Source: Bacteroidaceae bacterium
GTDB taxonomy: Bacteria; Bacteroidota; Bacteroidia; Bacteroidales; Bacteroidaceae
Reading direction: 5' to 3'
NCBI GenBank assembly: GCA_045645045.1
Contig: JAZRIA010000208.1
Span: forward strand, 1-52,244
DNA length: 52,244 nt
Shown: piece after piece, positions 38,129 to 48,100 of the stretch
Layout of the letters: every line of letters starts with the position of its first letter
How positions within the stretch are numbered: position 1 is the first letter of the stretch
Translations under genes and position numbers: made by a program
The notes under the pieces: generated by a model
Seen by the model: the letters and a program-made list of their open reading frames with translations, nothing else
What the model was told of the DNA's origin: nothing
Databases searched by the model: none

Positions 38129-39661
38129 TCAGTCAAAAGTTATATCACCCTCCACTTCATCCCAGTCCGATACCTCGAACTCTATTTCTCCGCTCTTTTC
38201 GTTATAGGAAACATTTACCACAATGTTTACAAAGTCATTCCTCCTGATGCTCTGCATGGGAACGGATTCGCCCGTCTGCTTGTCGACAGTAGTAACAGGT
38301 ATCGTTGCCTGACGGGAAACATCACTGTTCACCGTGGTGGCATTAACCCTATACAGACGAAATCTCCTGCTGTTACCAGACGATGCACCAATCGGGTTGT
38401 TATTATTCACGGCAAGATAATAATTGCCCGACGTTGACCTCATATGCATGTAGGAATTGGATTGCGAAAGCGTGAAATAGTCATTGTTACCCGGAGTGCT
38501 GGTCATGGGCACAGCATTGTTCTTCACCGCAGAACTCCTGATGTAGTAGCCGCTTCTTCCCATGGACTCTATCCTATAGTTGTTTCCGCTTACCTTGATA
38601 AATCGCCACACGCAATTGTGGTTCAGTTCGTCATTGGTCATATAGGAAGTGGCTGACGACAAGTTGTTTGAACCATTGTCGTACAGATATTTTTGGGCAT
38701 TGAAATTGTACACAACATACAGACCTCCGTCGACCACGCTGTTAGGATTAGTTATATAGTTCTGGTCCACCGAATAGACGGTTTCCGTAACTCCTCCACC
38801 ATACTTCAATCCCAAGGTGTACTGATACTGTCCGCCATTGCTCTCCAGCATGTAGGCATCAAAGATGGTGGACTCGGTAACACTATTTCCATCACCTATT
38901 CCAGGAACCATCATATCCTGCACAAAGGGAGTGACGGCATCGCTGGATGTTGCCAACGGTTTGGCATTGGCAGTACCGCCCTCCTCAAACAGTGGTGCGG
39001 TGCTTTGCGTGAATCTGTTGGCAAAACTCAAGTCAGTAATCTGCAAGTCTGCCTTGCTCTGATTCCTTATATTTATACGCACGCGTGCGTAAGTCCTGAC
39101 CAATTCCCCCGACACCGTATTCATACCGGGCTGCAGGGCAATTTCCTTTTTCAGTGTCAAAGGATATGGCGTTGCCTTTGGGCACAAGGCTGATGTTGCC
39201 GACGATGCCACCTGCATGCTTCCCGTCACATCGGTTACGGATGAGAGATGTCCGCTTGCCTGTGTGCCGTAATCGCCGTAGTTTGCCACGGCATAGAGCT
39301 GGTAGGGCTTGCTGTAATCCAAGTTGTCGAAACTTACCGTCGCTTCGGTATTACCGTTGGCCATGCGCACGTCTCCCTCCTCCAGGACTGCAGACTCTAC
39401 CACAGCACCGTCCCTGACCAGAAACACGGCAAGTCGATACATGCGTCTTCCGTCTATAACCTCTTCAAGCTCAGACACCGTGCCGTTATCGTCAAGGTCC
39501 TCAATGCCTCGTGTCTCCATACGCACGTCAGCACTTTTGAATGATATGGTCAACGATGTCCCCGACATCAGTCCCCCTTCGTTATACTCATGCTCGCTGC
39601 ATCCGCACAGCATCAGCACGGAATACAGGATGGCGAGGAATGGCAGTAACCTTCGAATCAT
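38129..39661 (-). CDS. Fimbrillin-like lipoprotein with inserted beta-trefoil-like module
   Basis: 510-aa ORF with lipobox MLCGC, motif GELVRTYARVRINIRN and a C-terminal W tail EFEVSDWDEVEGDITFD. A three-fold pseudo-repeat spans residues about 311-440. Confidence 0.6.
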   Translation of the reverse strand: MIRRLLPFLAILYSVLMLCGCSEHEYNEGGLMSGTSLTISFKSADVRMETRGIEDLDDNGTVSELEEVIDGRRMYRLAVFLVRDGAVVESAVLEEGDVRMANGNTEATVSFDNLDYSKPYQLYAVANYGDYGTQASGHLSSVTDVTGSMQVASSATSALCPKATPYPLTLKKEIALQPGMNTVSGELVRTYARVRINIRNQSKADLQITDLSFANRFTQSTAPLFEEGGTANAKPLATSSDAVTPFVQDMMVPGIGDGNSVTESTIFDAYMLESNGGQYQYTLGLKYGGGVTETVYSVDQNYITNPNSVVDGGLYVVYNFNAQKYLYDNGSNNLSSATSYMTNDELNHNCVWRFIKVSGNNYRIESMGRSGYYIRSSAVKNNAVPMTSTPGNNDYFTLSQSNSYMHMRSTSGNYYLAVNNNNPIGASSGNSRRFRLYRVNATTVNSDVSRQATIPVTTVDKQTGESVPMQSIRRNDFVNIVVNVSYNEKSGEIEFEVSDWDEVEGDITFD

Positions 39662-39677
39662 CTTACAGTTTCTCTCC

Positions 39678-40913
39678 TTACATTATGATGTCATGGACAG
39701 AATCCAATCTGTTCCAATCAGCTATAGTCAACTTTAAATCCACACTGGCACCGTTTATCTCCAGGATATAGGTGTAGCGTTTACCATACTCGTACTTTAT
39801 GGCAGGTATGTCCACACTGAACACATAGCTGCCAGCACTGTTCATGGTGTAGCAGAACTGCAGGGTGCCTCCTTGTACCTGTTGAGGTACTACCAGAATC
39901 CAACCGTCGTTCTGTGTATATTCTTGTCCCGCAGCGCCGCCATTGGACGTGTACAGGATGTTTTCTGTGGCAATGGGCAACCCTGTGTGTTCCCATTTAT
40001 ACATGGGTGCCGACGAGGACTCGTAGGTGTACCATGTTATCTCCGGATTCACGTTGCCGGTATGCACCAGGTATCCGGATGGCGAGAACAGGTTTGTTGC
40101 CGTTCCCTTGTTCTGCAACCAGCAAGAGGTTATGCCCTCTCCGCTTGGCGGTGTGTATCCGTCTGCCGCCCTCACCTTGAATCTCAGTGCGGCAAAGATA
40201 TGCTCCATATTCAGAGGAACAGGCCCAGAAGGCATTTCCGTCTGTATGTCCACATGCGTTGCGGCCACCAGCATATCTTCCTGCAGTTCGGAAGTGTTGA
40301 TGGGACCTCCCTGCATAATGGTGGCTTCCATCTGTGTCATCAGGCTTGTCATCAGTGCCTGTGGGTAACAGGCACGGAAGTCGTATTGCGAGTTAGTTAC
40401 CCATAAGCGTGTCTCACTGAGATAATTCCAGTCGTTGTACGGATTGGTGTACTCTGCCTTTGCCACATAGATCAATGGTTCGGCATTGAACACGCTATAG
40501 GTGCGTTCCTGCCCGTCCTCGGCGGTGGTGTACTGTCCCCATATGCCTATGCTCTCGTAATCGCCATACACATTGGGGGTACAAGCCTGGCGCAAAACGT
40601 CGTCGTCCACCAAAGCCCTTGTATTGGGTATTGCTACCTGCTGTATGCTCCAACTGATGGAACGTGCCGCCATTGGCTCGGTGGGAGTCCCTGCAAGTGG
40701 CAAGTTCTCCGCGTCAGAGCAGCATGCCAGGGAAAGCGTCAGGCCTATCAGACACAGGCACACAAGACATGCCTTGCACGCCACACGGCATGCAGCCAGT
40801 ACTCTCGTAGCGGTACTGCAGTACTCTCGTAATGGTACTGAGGTACTCTCGCAATGGTACTGCTGTACTCCTACAGAGGTGTTCTGGTGTGTACTGGATG
40901 TCTTGATAGACAT
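39678..40913 (-). CDS. Fimbrillin family lipoprotein (start uncertain: ATG 40913 or GTG 40784)
   Basis: Signal/lipobox CLVCLCLIGLTLSLAC, motif NMEHIFAALRFKVRA and tail IADWNRLDSVHDIIM. The 5' part of the ORF contains a hairpin and 22-bp repeats, so the GTG at 40784 (MACKACLV...) is a plausible true start. Confidence 0.6.
   Translation of the reverse strand: MSIKTSSTHQNTSVGVQQYHCESTSVPLREYCSTATRVLAACRVACKACLVCLCLIGLTLSLACCSDAENLPLAGTPTEPMAARSISWSIQQVAIPNTRALVDDDVLRQACTPNVYGDYESIGIWGQYTTAEDGQERTYSVFNAEPLIYVAKAEYTNPYNDWNYLSETRLWVTNSQYDFRACYPQALMTSLMTQMEATIMQGGPINTSELQEDMLVAATHVDIQTEMPSGPVPLNMEHIFAALRFKVRAADGYTPPSGEGITSCWLQNKGTATNLFSPSGYLVHTGNVNPEITWYTYESSSAPMYKWEHTGLPIATENILYTSNGGAAGQEYTQNDGWILVVPQQVQGGTLQFCYTMNSAGSYVFSVDIPAIKYEYGKRYTYILEINGASVDLKLTIADWNRLDSVHDIIM
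40799..40872. repeat. About 3.3 tandem copies of a 22-bp unit (GTACTCTCGTARYGGTACTGNN)
   Basis: Units at 40799-40820, 40821-40842 and 40843-40864, plus a partial unit at 40865-40872. Seven GTAC cores in 74 bp. Confidence 0.75.
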
Positions 40914-40947
40914 TTGCCTGTTTCTGAACTTTGTCATTATTGATTTA

Positions 40948-40982
40948 TTTCCCTGGGCATCCCATACAGACACCCAGGGAAA
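40948..40982 (-). terminator. 10-bp GC-rich stem-loop just after the major fimbrillin gene of locus A (attenuator or stabiliser candidate)
   Basis: tttccctggg / cccagggaaa perfect stem with a 15-nt loop. There is no clear U-tract on the minus-sense RNA. Confidence 0.4.
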
Positions 40983-41005
40983 CATTAAATAGCATATATC
41001 CTTGA

Positions 41006-42154
41006 TTACAATTCAACCACTATAACTTCATGGTCTGTCCACTCTGCAGCACCGGGAGCGAAGTAAATTCTATCCTGGTCGGCAGCAGCCTTGCCATAAA
41101 CCAAACGGTAAGTATAACGTACACCAGGATCCCAAGCAGGAACAGGATTGCCAAGGACATCTATACCAGCACTCAATTTTGCAGTCTTGCTTCTCTCACT
41201 GCCGTTAACAGTATATGTTACCACAACTGTAGCATCATCTGTTAGCGTCTGAGGCATCAACAACAGCTGGTTGCACTTCTCGTCCTCGCTTGGTGCGTCA
41301 GTATCTTCAGCAGCCAATTGAGCAACATAGAAGGGAACGGCTTGGAATTGTACGTTACCTTGGAAACCGATATAGGCAGCGTCTGATGCAATCTTATCGT
41401 CATCCACGGTCCACATTGGATTTTGTGCATTAGTAGCCTCATTCAATTGCTCCTTAAATGTACCCTTATACTTTACACCAAATACCTTGATAGACGTCAA
41501 AAACACATTGGCTTCGCTCTCGTTCTTGATAGAGAAACGTACAGAACTCAATGCATGCTTGAAATCAATGGGTATACCGCTATAATAAGAGGCACCGTCC
41601 AACATATCTTCAGCAGTCATGTTCAAAGTTCTGGTGCTGTAAAGCAAGTCATAATGATGCTCGGCATTACCATTTACCTCGAAATTTTCAATGGTTACAC
41701 CGTCTGCCCCATAAGTTCTGGTTGCACCTGCACACTCAAGGTCTGCAGGAGATGAGGCAGCGAAAGACATCTTGCCAGAAGGCCAATAATAATAGCCACC
41801 ACCATCTGTCTTGGGAGCCCAACCATCCACATTCAGGTCGTACTTAACTTCCTTGCCGTTGATTTCATGTTTTGTGGCTGATGTCCAACCAGCGAAATCT
41901 CCGTCGTGCTGAACAGCATAAATCATGAAATCTTCCTCCTTGGGATAGTGGTAGATGGTAGAAGAGCCAGAATACATGTGATCACCGATTTCACCATAGA
42001 AATTGGCTCTGGTGCCACCGTTTGACTGCATCAAGGGAGAAGAGAAGGTCAACTTGGCCGGTTCCTTCACACCCTGTTCGCCAACTGTCTCGTCAGACAC
42101 GCAACTTGCAAATGCCATGCCTGCTACCAAAAAGAAAAATAAATTCTTCTTCAT
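41006..42154 (-). CDS. Fimbrillin family lipoprotein, probable major stalk subunit of locus A
   Basis: 382-aa ORF MKKNLFFFLVAGMAFASC with motifs YYYWPSGKMSFAASSP and IDFKHALSSVRFSIK and tail AAEWTDHEVIVVEL. Confidence 0.7.
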   Translation of the reverse strand: MKKNLFFFLVAGMAFASCVSDETVGEQGVKEPAKLTFSSPLMQSNGGTRANFYGEIGDHMYSGSSTIYHYPKEEDFMIYAVQHDGDFAGWTSATKHEINGKEVKYDLNVDGWAPKTDGGGYYYWPSGKMSFAASSPADLECAGATRTYGADGVTIENFEVNGNAEHHYDLLYSTRTLNMTAEDMLDGASYYSGIPIDFKHALSSVRFSIKNESEANVFLTSIKVFGVKYKGTFKEQLNEATNAQNPMWTVDDDKIASDAAYIGFQGNVQFQAVPFYVAQLAAEDTDAPSEDEKCNQLLLMPQTLTDDATVVVTYTVNGSERSKTAKLSAGIDVLGNPVPAWDPGVRYTYRLVYGKAAADQDRIYFAPGAAEWTDHEVIVVEL

Positions 42155-42239
42155 AACGTTTAATTTTGTTGGTTAATAAAGTTTATAATAGTTTATATCT
42201 CAATTCTAATTTACAGGTCCTCGCTTCAACGGTATCTAT

Positions 42240-43298
42240 TCATAGCATTATACCCGCTTCGACATCGTTCCAGTCATCCACACCAGGTGTCATTCCACCG
42301 CCAGAGCCATTCATCGGAGGCAGCAGTTCTATCTCCTTCTCAATCAGGATCCACTGGTTGTCGCGTACCATGGGAGTGGAGAACATGTCGGTGACGTCTA
42401 TTTCCTCCACCTGCGATGTTCCGTCCCTCTTCATGAATTCGAAGGACACTGTCAGCATGTTGGATTGCTTTGGCAGCTTGCCAAAAGTGTGGAACGTGGT
42501 ATAAAGCACAGCATTGGAACTGCCGTCATCAGCATTACGATGTCTGGAGGCCTGCTTCATGGAGAAGAGCACATTGATGTCATCAGTCTCCACAAGACCC
42601 TCATGCCTATGCAGCAGAGAAGAACCTGCCATGCCGCTCAGCAGCGATACAGCCGATGTGGCCCACTCGATGCCCTTCACCTTCAGCTGTATGTAGTAAC
42701 TCTTCACCAAGCTGTGTGCCTTGAAGTAAGAGCCGTCGGCACGGCGCAATGTATCCAGAGTAGGACTGGCACACACCGTTATGCCCTCCACTACCTCGTG
42801 AAACAGGTGGTCGGGCTGCTCTCTTATGCTCTCCGGTCCCTTTGTCTGGCTCATGGATGGAATGTACTGGTAGTAATATTCGCTCACGGCCGAGGTGTAT
42901 GCTGTCATGGCATAATAGTCGTTTGGATTGCTTATCATGGTATATGCACATCCATAACTGTAGGCAAGCATGTTGTATGTACCAGGAGGCAGATTTATAT
43001 ATCCATGTATGTAGTAGCCATGCTCGTCGGTTCCCTGCTCCTGGATATAGCGTTCAGTCACCACCTTTCCTGTATTCGGATCGGCTGCCACCACACGCAT
43101 GGCTCTCGGGCGAATGTATTCGGGGCGCTCGTATGCCTCGTTGTAGAAGCCACAGGTCATGTTCTTTATATCCTCATCTATATACACACGTACATACCGT
43201 GCGTTCACTGGCGTTTCCAACGGGCGGTGCTCGCAGGACATCAGCGAGAATGCCATGGCACATGCACACAGGAGCGCAAAGAAGAAGCTCATCCTCAT
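42240..43298 (-). CDS. FimB/Mfa2-like (DUF5119-like) pilus anchor/terminator lipoprotein
   Basis: Start at MRMSFFFALLCACAMAFSLMSC, overlapping the upstream stop (ATGA). Tail GGGMTPGVDDWNDVEAGIML. Paralogous to 51351-52244. Confidence 0.6.
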   Translation of the reverse strand: MRMSFFFALLCACAMAFSLMSCEHRPLETPVNARYVRVYIDEDIKNMTCGFYNEAYERPEYIRPRAMRVVAADPNTGKVVTERYIQEQGTDEHGYYIHGYINLPPGTYNMLAYSYGCAYTMISNPNDYYAMTAYTSAVSEYYYQYIPSMSQTKGPESIREQPDHLFHEVVEGITVCASPTLDTLRRADGSYFKAHSLVKSYYIQLKVKGIEWATSAVSLLSGMAGSSLLHRHEGLVETDDINVLFSMKQASRHRNADDGSSNAVLYTTFHTFGKLPKQSNMLTVSFEFMKRDGTSQVEEIDVTDMFSTPMVRDNQWILIEKEIELLPPMNGSGGGMTPGVDDWNDVEAGIML

Positions 43299-44557
43299 TT
43301 GAGGCCTCCTTTCTTCTTTGTCGTCAACAGTATGGGGTATACCAGGGATACCTGCAACTTGGTTGGCCCGAAATAGTGCCATCGTCCGTGCTTCACCGGG
43401 TCGCGCCACAGGATTTCATAGTCCTCGCTGGGTTCATACTTGCGGTAGGCTATGGAAGCATAGCCCACGGAAATCGAGAACTCCATATTCAGACGTCTGC
43501 CCAAGGGCATGGAGTAACCATAACTCAGTCCCACGCTCCAGTGCTCGCCCTGGTGGCAGATGTCGCGTCCCCATTCGAAGTCCCATTTTCCTGACTCTGC
43601 ATACAGGCCCACGAAGTGTCCCATCAGTTTGTCGCGCTGCACACTCTTGCCCATCTGCGGACGTGGCTTGGGTTTGAACCACCAGCGTCCCTCGGCTCCT
43701 ATGCTCAGGAAACGTATACAGTACTGATTGTCAGCCTCACCCCATCTCCACCATGGGAACTGATGGTACCATAGTGCAGAGAACCTCTCTGTAATAGGCA
43801 CCTCTATGGAGTAGTTTAGCAGTGTCAGTGCGTCATACAGCAGGTTGGTCTTCAATGCCATAATGGTGGTCTTCTTCCTCAACACGGTATCCACCGGCAT
43901 CAGCATGGAAGGTCCGGGTACGGGCAGTGTCTGCAGGCCTACTTTCAATTCAGGCATCGTGTCTGGCACGAATTCCTGTATGGGCTGGTACACACATAGC
44001 CATGTGGCCAGACGCAAGGCAGGCATGTGGTGACGGATTATCCAGTTGTATGTAAAGCCGTTGTCCAGCTGTTTCAGCCTCCACTTCTTTGTCTCTGCGG
44101 GAATGTCGGCACGCATGATTTTCATCACGCGGTCCCTGTTCTTCAGATGGTAGTTTGCCTCCAGTTCCTCATACAGGCCCTCCCAGTTCTCTCCCATGGG
44201 ATGCAGGATAATGTTCTGGGGCAGAAGCACACTGTCGTTGGGCAGATTGGCAAGGATGAAATCGCGTGCCACCTCGGCACGACGCCTTGCAAGCCAGTCG
44301 TTGCGGTGCGGTGCACCCTCGGGCGAGGCATAGGCATAAATGGCAATGCTGTCTATTCGTGGCGAGCGGGCCAGTATGTTCCTGATGCGCTCCATCTGCA
44401 CGGCATTGTCCAGATAGTCTTCCTGCAGGTCTATGCGGTCGCAATAATAATATAGGGTATAGCGGTCGCTGTTCACACTATCCACCTGGCCATAGGCACG
44501 GCCTTGATAGCATAAACAAAATAACGAAATTAAGGATACGAATAATGCCCTTAACAT
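43295..44557 (-). CDS. DUF3868 (OmpA-like) + DUF3575 outer-membrane beta-barrel protein heading the pilus operon
   Basis: N-terminus YAYASPEGAPHRNDWLARRRAEVARDFI (OmpA-like). C-terminus ALKTNLLYDAL...GAEGRWWF...SVGLSYGYS (DUF3575-like). ATG at 44557; a GTG lies at 44566. Confidence 0.7.
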   Translation of the reverse strand: MLRALFVSLISLFCLCYQGRAYGQVDSVNSDRYTLYYYCDRIDLQEDYLDNAVQMERIRNILARSPRIDSIAIYAYASPEGAPHRNDWLARRRAEVARDFILANLPNDSVLLPQNIILHPMGENWEGLYEELEANYHLKNRDRVMKIMRADIPAETKKWRLKQLDNGFTYNWIIRHHMPALRLATWLCVYQPIQEFVPDTMPELKVGLQTLPVPGPSMLMPVDTVLRKKTTIMALKTNLLYDALTLLNYSIEVPITERFSALWYHQFPWWRWGEADNQYCIRFLSIGAEGRWWFKPKPRPQMGKSVQRDKLMGHFVGLYAESGKWDFEWGRDICHQGEHWSVGLSYGYSMPLGRRLNMEFSISVGYASIAYRKYEPSEDYEILWRDPVKHGRWHYFGPTKLQVSLVYPILLTTKKKGGLK

Positions 44558-44648
44558 TGCTAACACCTATAACTTTACTCTTACTACACAAAGGGCAATA
44601 ACCGCCCTGTATATCGTAGTATATATAATGTAATATACAATAAGTGCA

Positions 44649-44656
44649 CAAAGTTA
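44649..44656 (-). promoter_or_regulatory. -7 box candidate (TAACTTTG) for pilus locus A
   Basis: Only the -7 element is present, and no TTTG lies at proper spacing. It sits about 90 nt upstream of the start codon. Confidence 0.3.
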
Positions 44657-45148
44657 CAATCCTTTTCTACAAATTGTACATAAGGACACATAACATACCC
44701 CTACTATTAACGTTTTTTAACTCTTGTTACTTCAAAACAGAGCTAATTACCCATTAACGAGCAAAGTGTGCAACACTAAACCGGATAAAAAGCTTAGAAA
44801 ACACACCTTTTGTTAAGAGATGTAAACAGAACAGTTAATGCCCTCAACCACGGCATCTATTTTACCGTCAGTGAGAGCGAAAGAAGGTCCATTCCCGGAC
44901 ACCGCTGAATGTATGCACAGACACACTGATGGTGTCGCCTATAATATAATAAGGTATAGTGGGGATGTGAATGGAGCAATAGTATGTCTGGGAATACGAC
45001 ATGGGGTCGCGTCCCTGATTGTGGTGAATGGAGAGATGGTGGTGTGCATGTGTCCTGCCGTCTTCTCCTGCCTGGCGGACAGAGTCTATGGCAAAGCGGC
45101 TCCTTATAATATTCGCAACACTAAGTAAGCAGCAACCAACAGACATTA

Positions 45149-48100
45149 TTAGGGCCTCATCAAATTCTGTTTGCGGTTCTCGTGCTCCTTAATATTTGAA
45201 AATGCAGGATTCTCTTTATTTTGAATATAGATGCTTCTATTTGTCTTCCTGTTAATTTTAATAGGGAACGTCAGTTGTTTAGTTTTGTCCGATGATGTAT
45301 AGAATTCCGGAGCCAAATACCTGCCTCCCCAAGTGGATTCCTTTATCCTCCATTCTCCCGATGGAAGAGCAACTACCCTCCTAATGTTGGCACCATTCTT
45401 GGCTCCTGTAAGAAGAATCTTAATATAATCCTCGTAGTTCACAAGATCGTTCTTCAAATATGAAAACAGGAAGGAAGCATCTTCGTTTTCGTTCAATCCG
45501 GCCTTGATGAATTCCACGAACACCAAATCATATCCCAGTGTGATACATGCATAATTTCCACTCAGTGCATGCTCGGTATCTCTTTCCCATACACCTAATG
45601 TCCAATCACCATCCTGCAAAGCCTCATCATAACGCTTTGGCCCGGTAGTTCTTCCCGGATTTGGATAGTTTATATCACCGTTCGGATAGTCCTCTACCCA
45701 GTATAGGTCGTTGGGAGCATTGAATCCGCTCAATTCCATCTCTGTTGTTTTGGGTAAGGTTATGGATGTATTGGTATGTCCGTTCAAGAAAATATCATCA
45801 GCACCCCAATCGGCCGAATTGTTATACAGTCCGAAATGTGTAATATCAGACAGACTCAGTGTAGTGCTATTATCCATAAATATACCACCACCAATACCAT
45901 AAATAGCATTTCCATTGGATTTCACCAATCCGGATGGTGCATCATAGGTTGCCAATTTAGCTGTAGCATGATAATCTTCATCAGAATTCTTGACAGCACG
46001 ATTGGCTCTTATCAATCCAGCACCAAAATTCATGTCCACACCATTCATCATATAAATGGCACCACCGTTCTTAGCCTCATTGTCTGCGAAAGTGGAGGCA
46101 ATTGTCAAATCAATATTGCCGTTCATACATGCGCCACCTCCAAATTTGGCAGTATTACGCAGGAAAGAACCACCCACGCATGAAACATCCACAGGCGTAG
46201 GTTTTACGTTGAACACATACAGGCCACCACCCAATTCGGTGACAGCATTATCACTGATAAAGGTCTGCTCATTCAGCGTAACGTCACCATCTTCTACACA
46301 TACTCCACCACCATTCTTTGCTTGGTTATAGGTAATATATGCCTTGCCGTTTACCGTAAACGTACCGGCACAAAATATACCGCCTCCACTACCTGATACG
46401 GCATGATTACTATTAGCCAAACTTCCTCCAACAACAATATTACCATTGCTTCCCACCATGAAAGTACCTCCGCCTTGATAAATTGCACCTCCATTGCCTC
46501 CCATTGACGAATTACCGGTAACTGTTGCTGTTCCGTTTAAGTTAAAATCAAAATTTCCAACAGCCATGTAAATTGCCCCACCATTGCCACCAGAAGTATT
46601 ATTCTTCAATTCTGTAGACTTTCCCTCTGGCACAGTAACGTTTCCCTTTACATACAATGCTCCACCGTCTTCACCTGCAGAATTCTCATCAATTATACCA
46701 CCATTAATTTCTGCATTACCCTCTGAAATATAGACGCCGCCACCAGATTTAACAGATTCGTTTGACAATAATCTTGAAGCTCCATTAACAATGAATTTCG
46801 TATTTTCATCCTGAAACGCACCTCCCCCATTATTCTGGGCGATATTGTCCTTTATTTCACCGCCATTTAGTACGATTTGAGGAATACCATTAAGGATCGC
46901 CTGCACTTCCGGATTTGATTCTCCGCCCAAGTCATTTTTTTCTTTATCTGTAAAATTATTCCACGAATCCCATGCCTTATTTTTCATCAAATAGATACCA
47001 GCACCGTCTCCACCAGTAGTATTATTAGCAACTGTACCGTCATTCAGTTCAAATTCAGCCACGGTCACCATCTTGAAATATGATACACCTGTCAGGTTTA
47101 GCATAACAAGAGCAATTCCACCGCCTCCAGTCTCTGCATAGTTACCAGAAAGACTACCTGAATTCATCGTACAACTACCGGCATCAACAGTAATACCGCC
47201 ACCATAACCTGTATTTGCCAGATTATTAGTTTCTTTTGTCGGTTCACTCCAAGAATAAATGCCACCTGTCTCTGAAACTATACATGATTGCAATAAATTT
47301 CCTTTATAAGCATAATTGCCGGTAATATTTGTTCCACCAAGCACCAAATTACCACCAGTATTGATATTTATACCTCCACCACGGCCCCATACCTTATTGT
47401 CGCTTATCTTACCTCCATTCAGGTTTAGCACACAAGTGTAACTACTGTGTATTCCTCCACCTACACCGTCAAGGGCTTCATTTTCGGATATACAGCCACC
47501 ATTCATATTAAATGTTGCAGTACCTGTGACATGCAATCCAGCAGCACCACCCATAATAGAAGTATTATTGTTGATTTCACAATTTTCATTTAAGGTCAAT
47601 GTCGTATTTGTTCCAAGATGTCCACCACCACCATACCACATACACCCATTATCATTAACCGTTGATGCGATAAGTTCATTGACAGGTTTGACTGTTGTGT
47701 TTCCGACAAAATAAAAACCACCACCACGACCAAGATTAGGATTATCCGTCTTTCTATCAGGAACCGAAGTCATTGCACGATTTCTGAGGATGTTGGAATA
47801 AGAAATGGTTGTATTTACGCCACTGTACAGTCCACCTCCATTAGTTGTGGCATAATTATCCTGAATATCACAATAACTAATGTTACAATTTTCTGTCGCT
47901 GACGCATTAACAAAAATGCCACCTCCAGACGTTGCCTTATTCCTTTCTATAACAATACGTGAACTCGCAGTTCCTGTTATTTCCAAACTACCGTCACAAT
48001 TTATTGCCCCGCCATTTACGCCAGAACCTCCAGTAATTGTTCCTCCACCACTGATTAACAGTTTGCCTCCAGATGCCACTTGGAAAATCTGAAAAGTACC

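Noticed and set aside
44567-44860. Possible invertible (phase-variable) promoter upstream of pilus locus A
   Set aside because: Only trivial 5-7 nt inverted repeats were found. No site-specific recombinase gene is present anywhere in the window.
45149-45620. T9SS C-terminal sorting domain or autotransporter beta-barrel at the C-terminus of the beta-helix protein (sprA is in the same window)
   Set aside because: The tail (…KINRKTNRSIYIQNKENPAFSNIKEHENRKQNLMRP) is hydrophilic. It is too short for a barrel and does not resemble CTD endings I know. This needs HMM confirmation.
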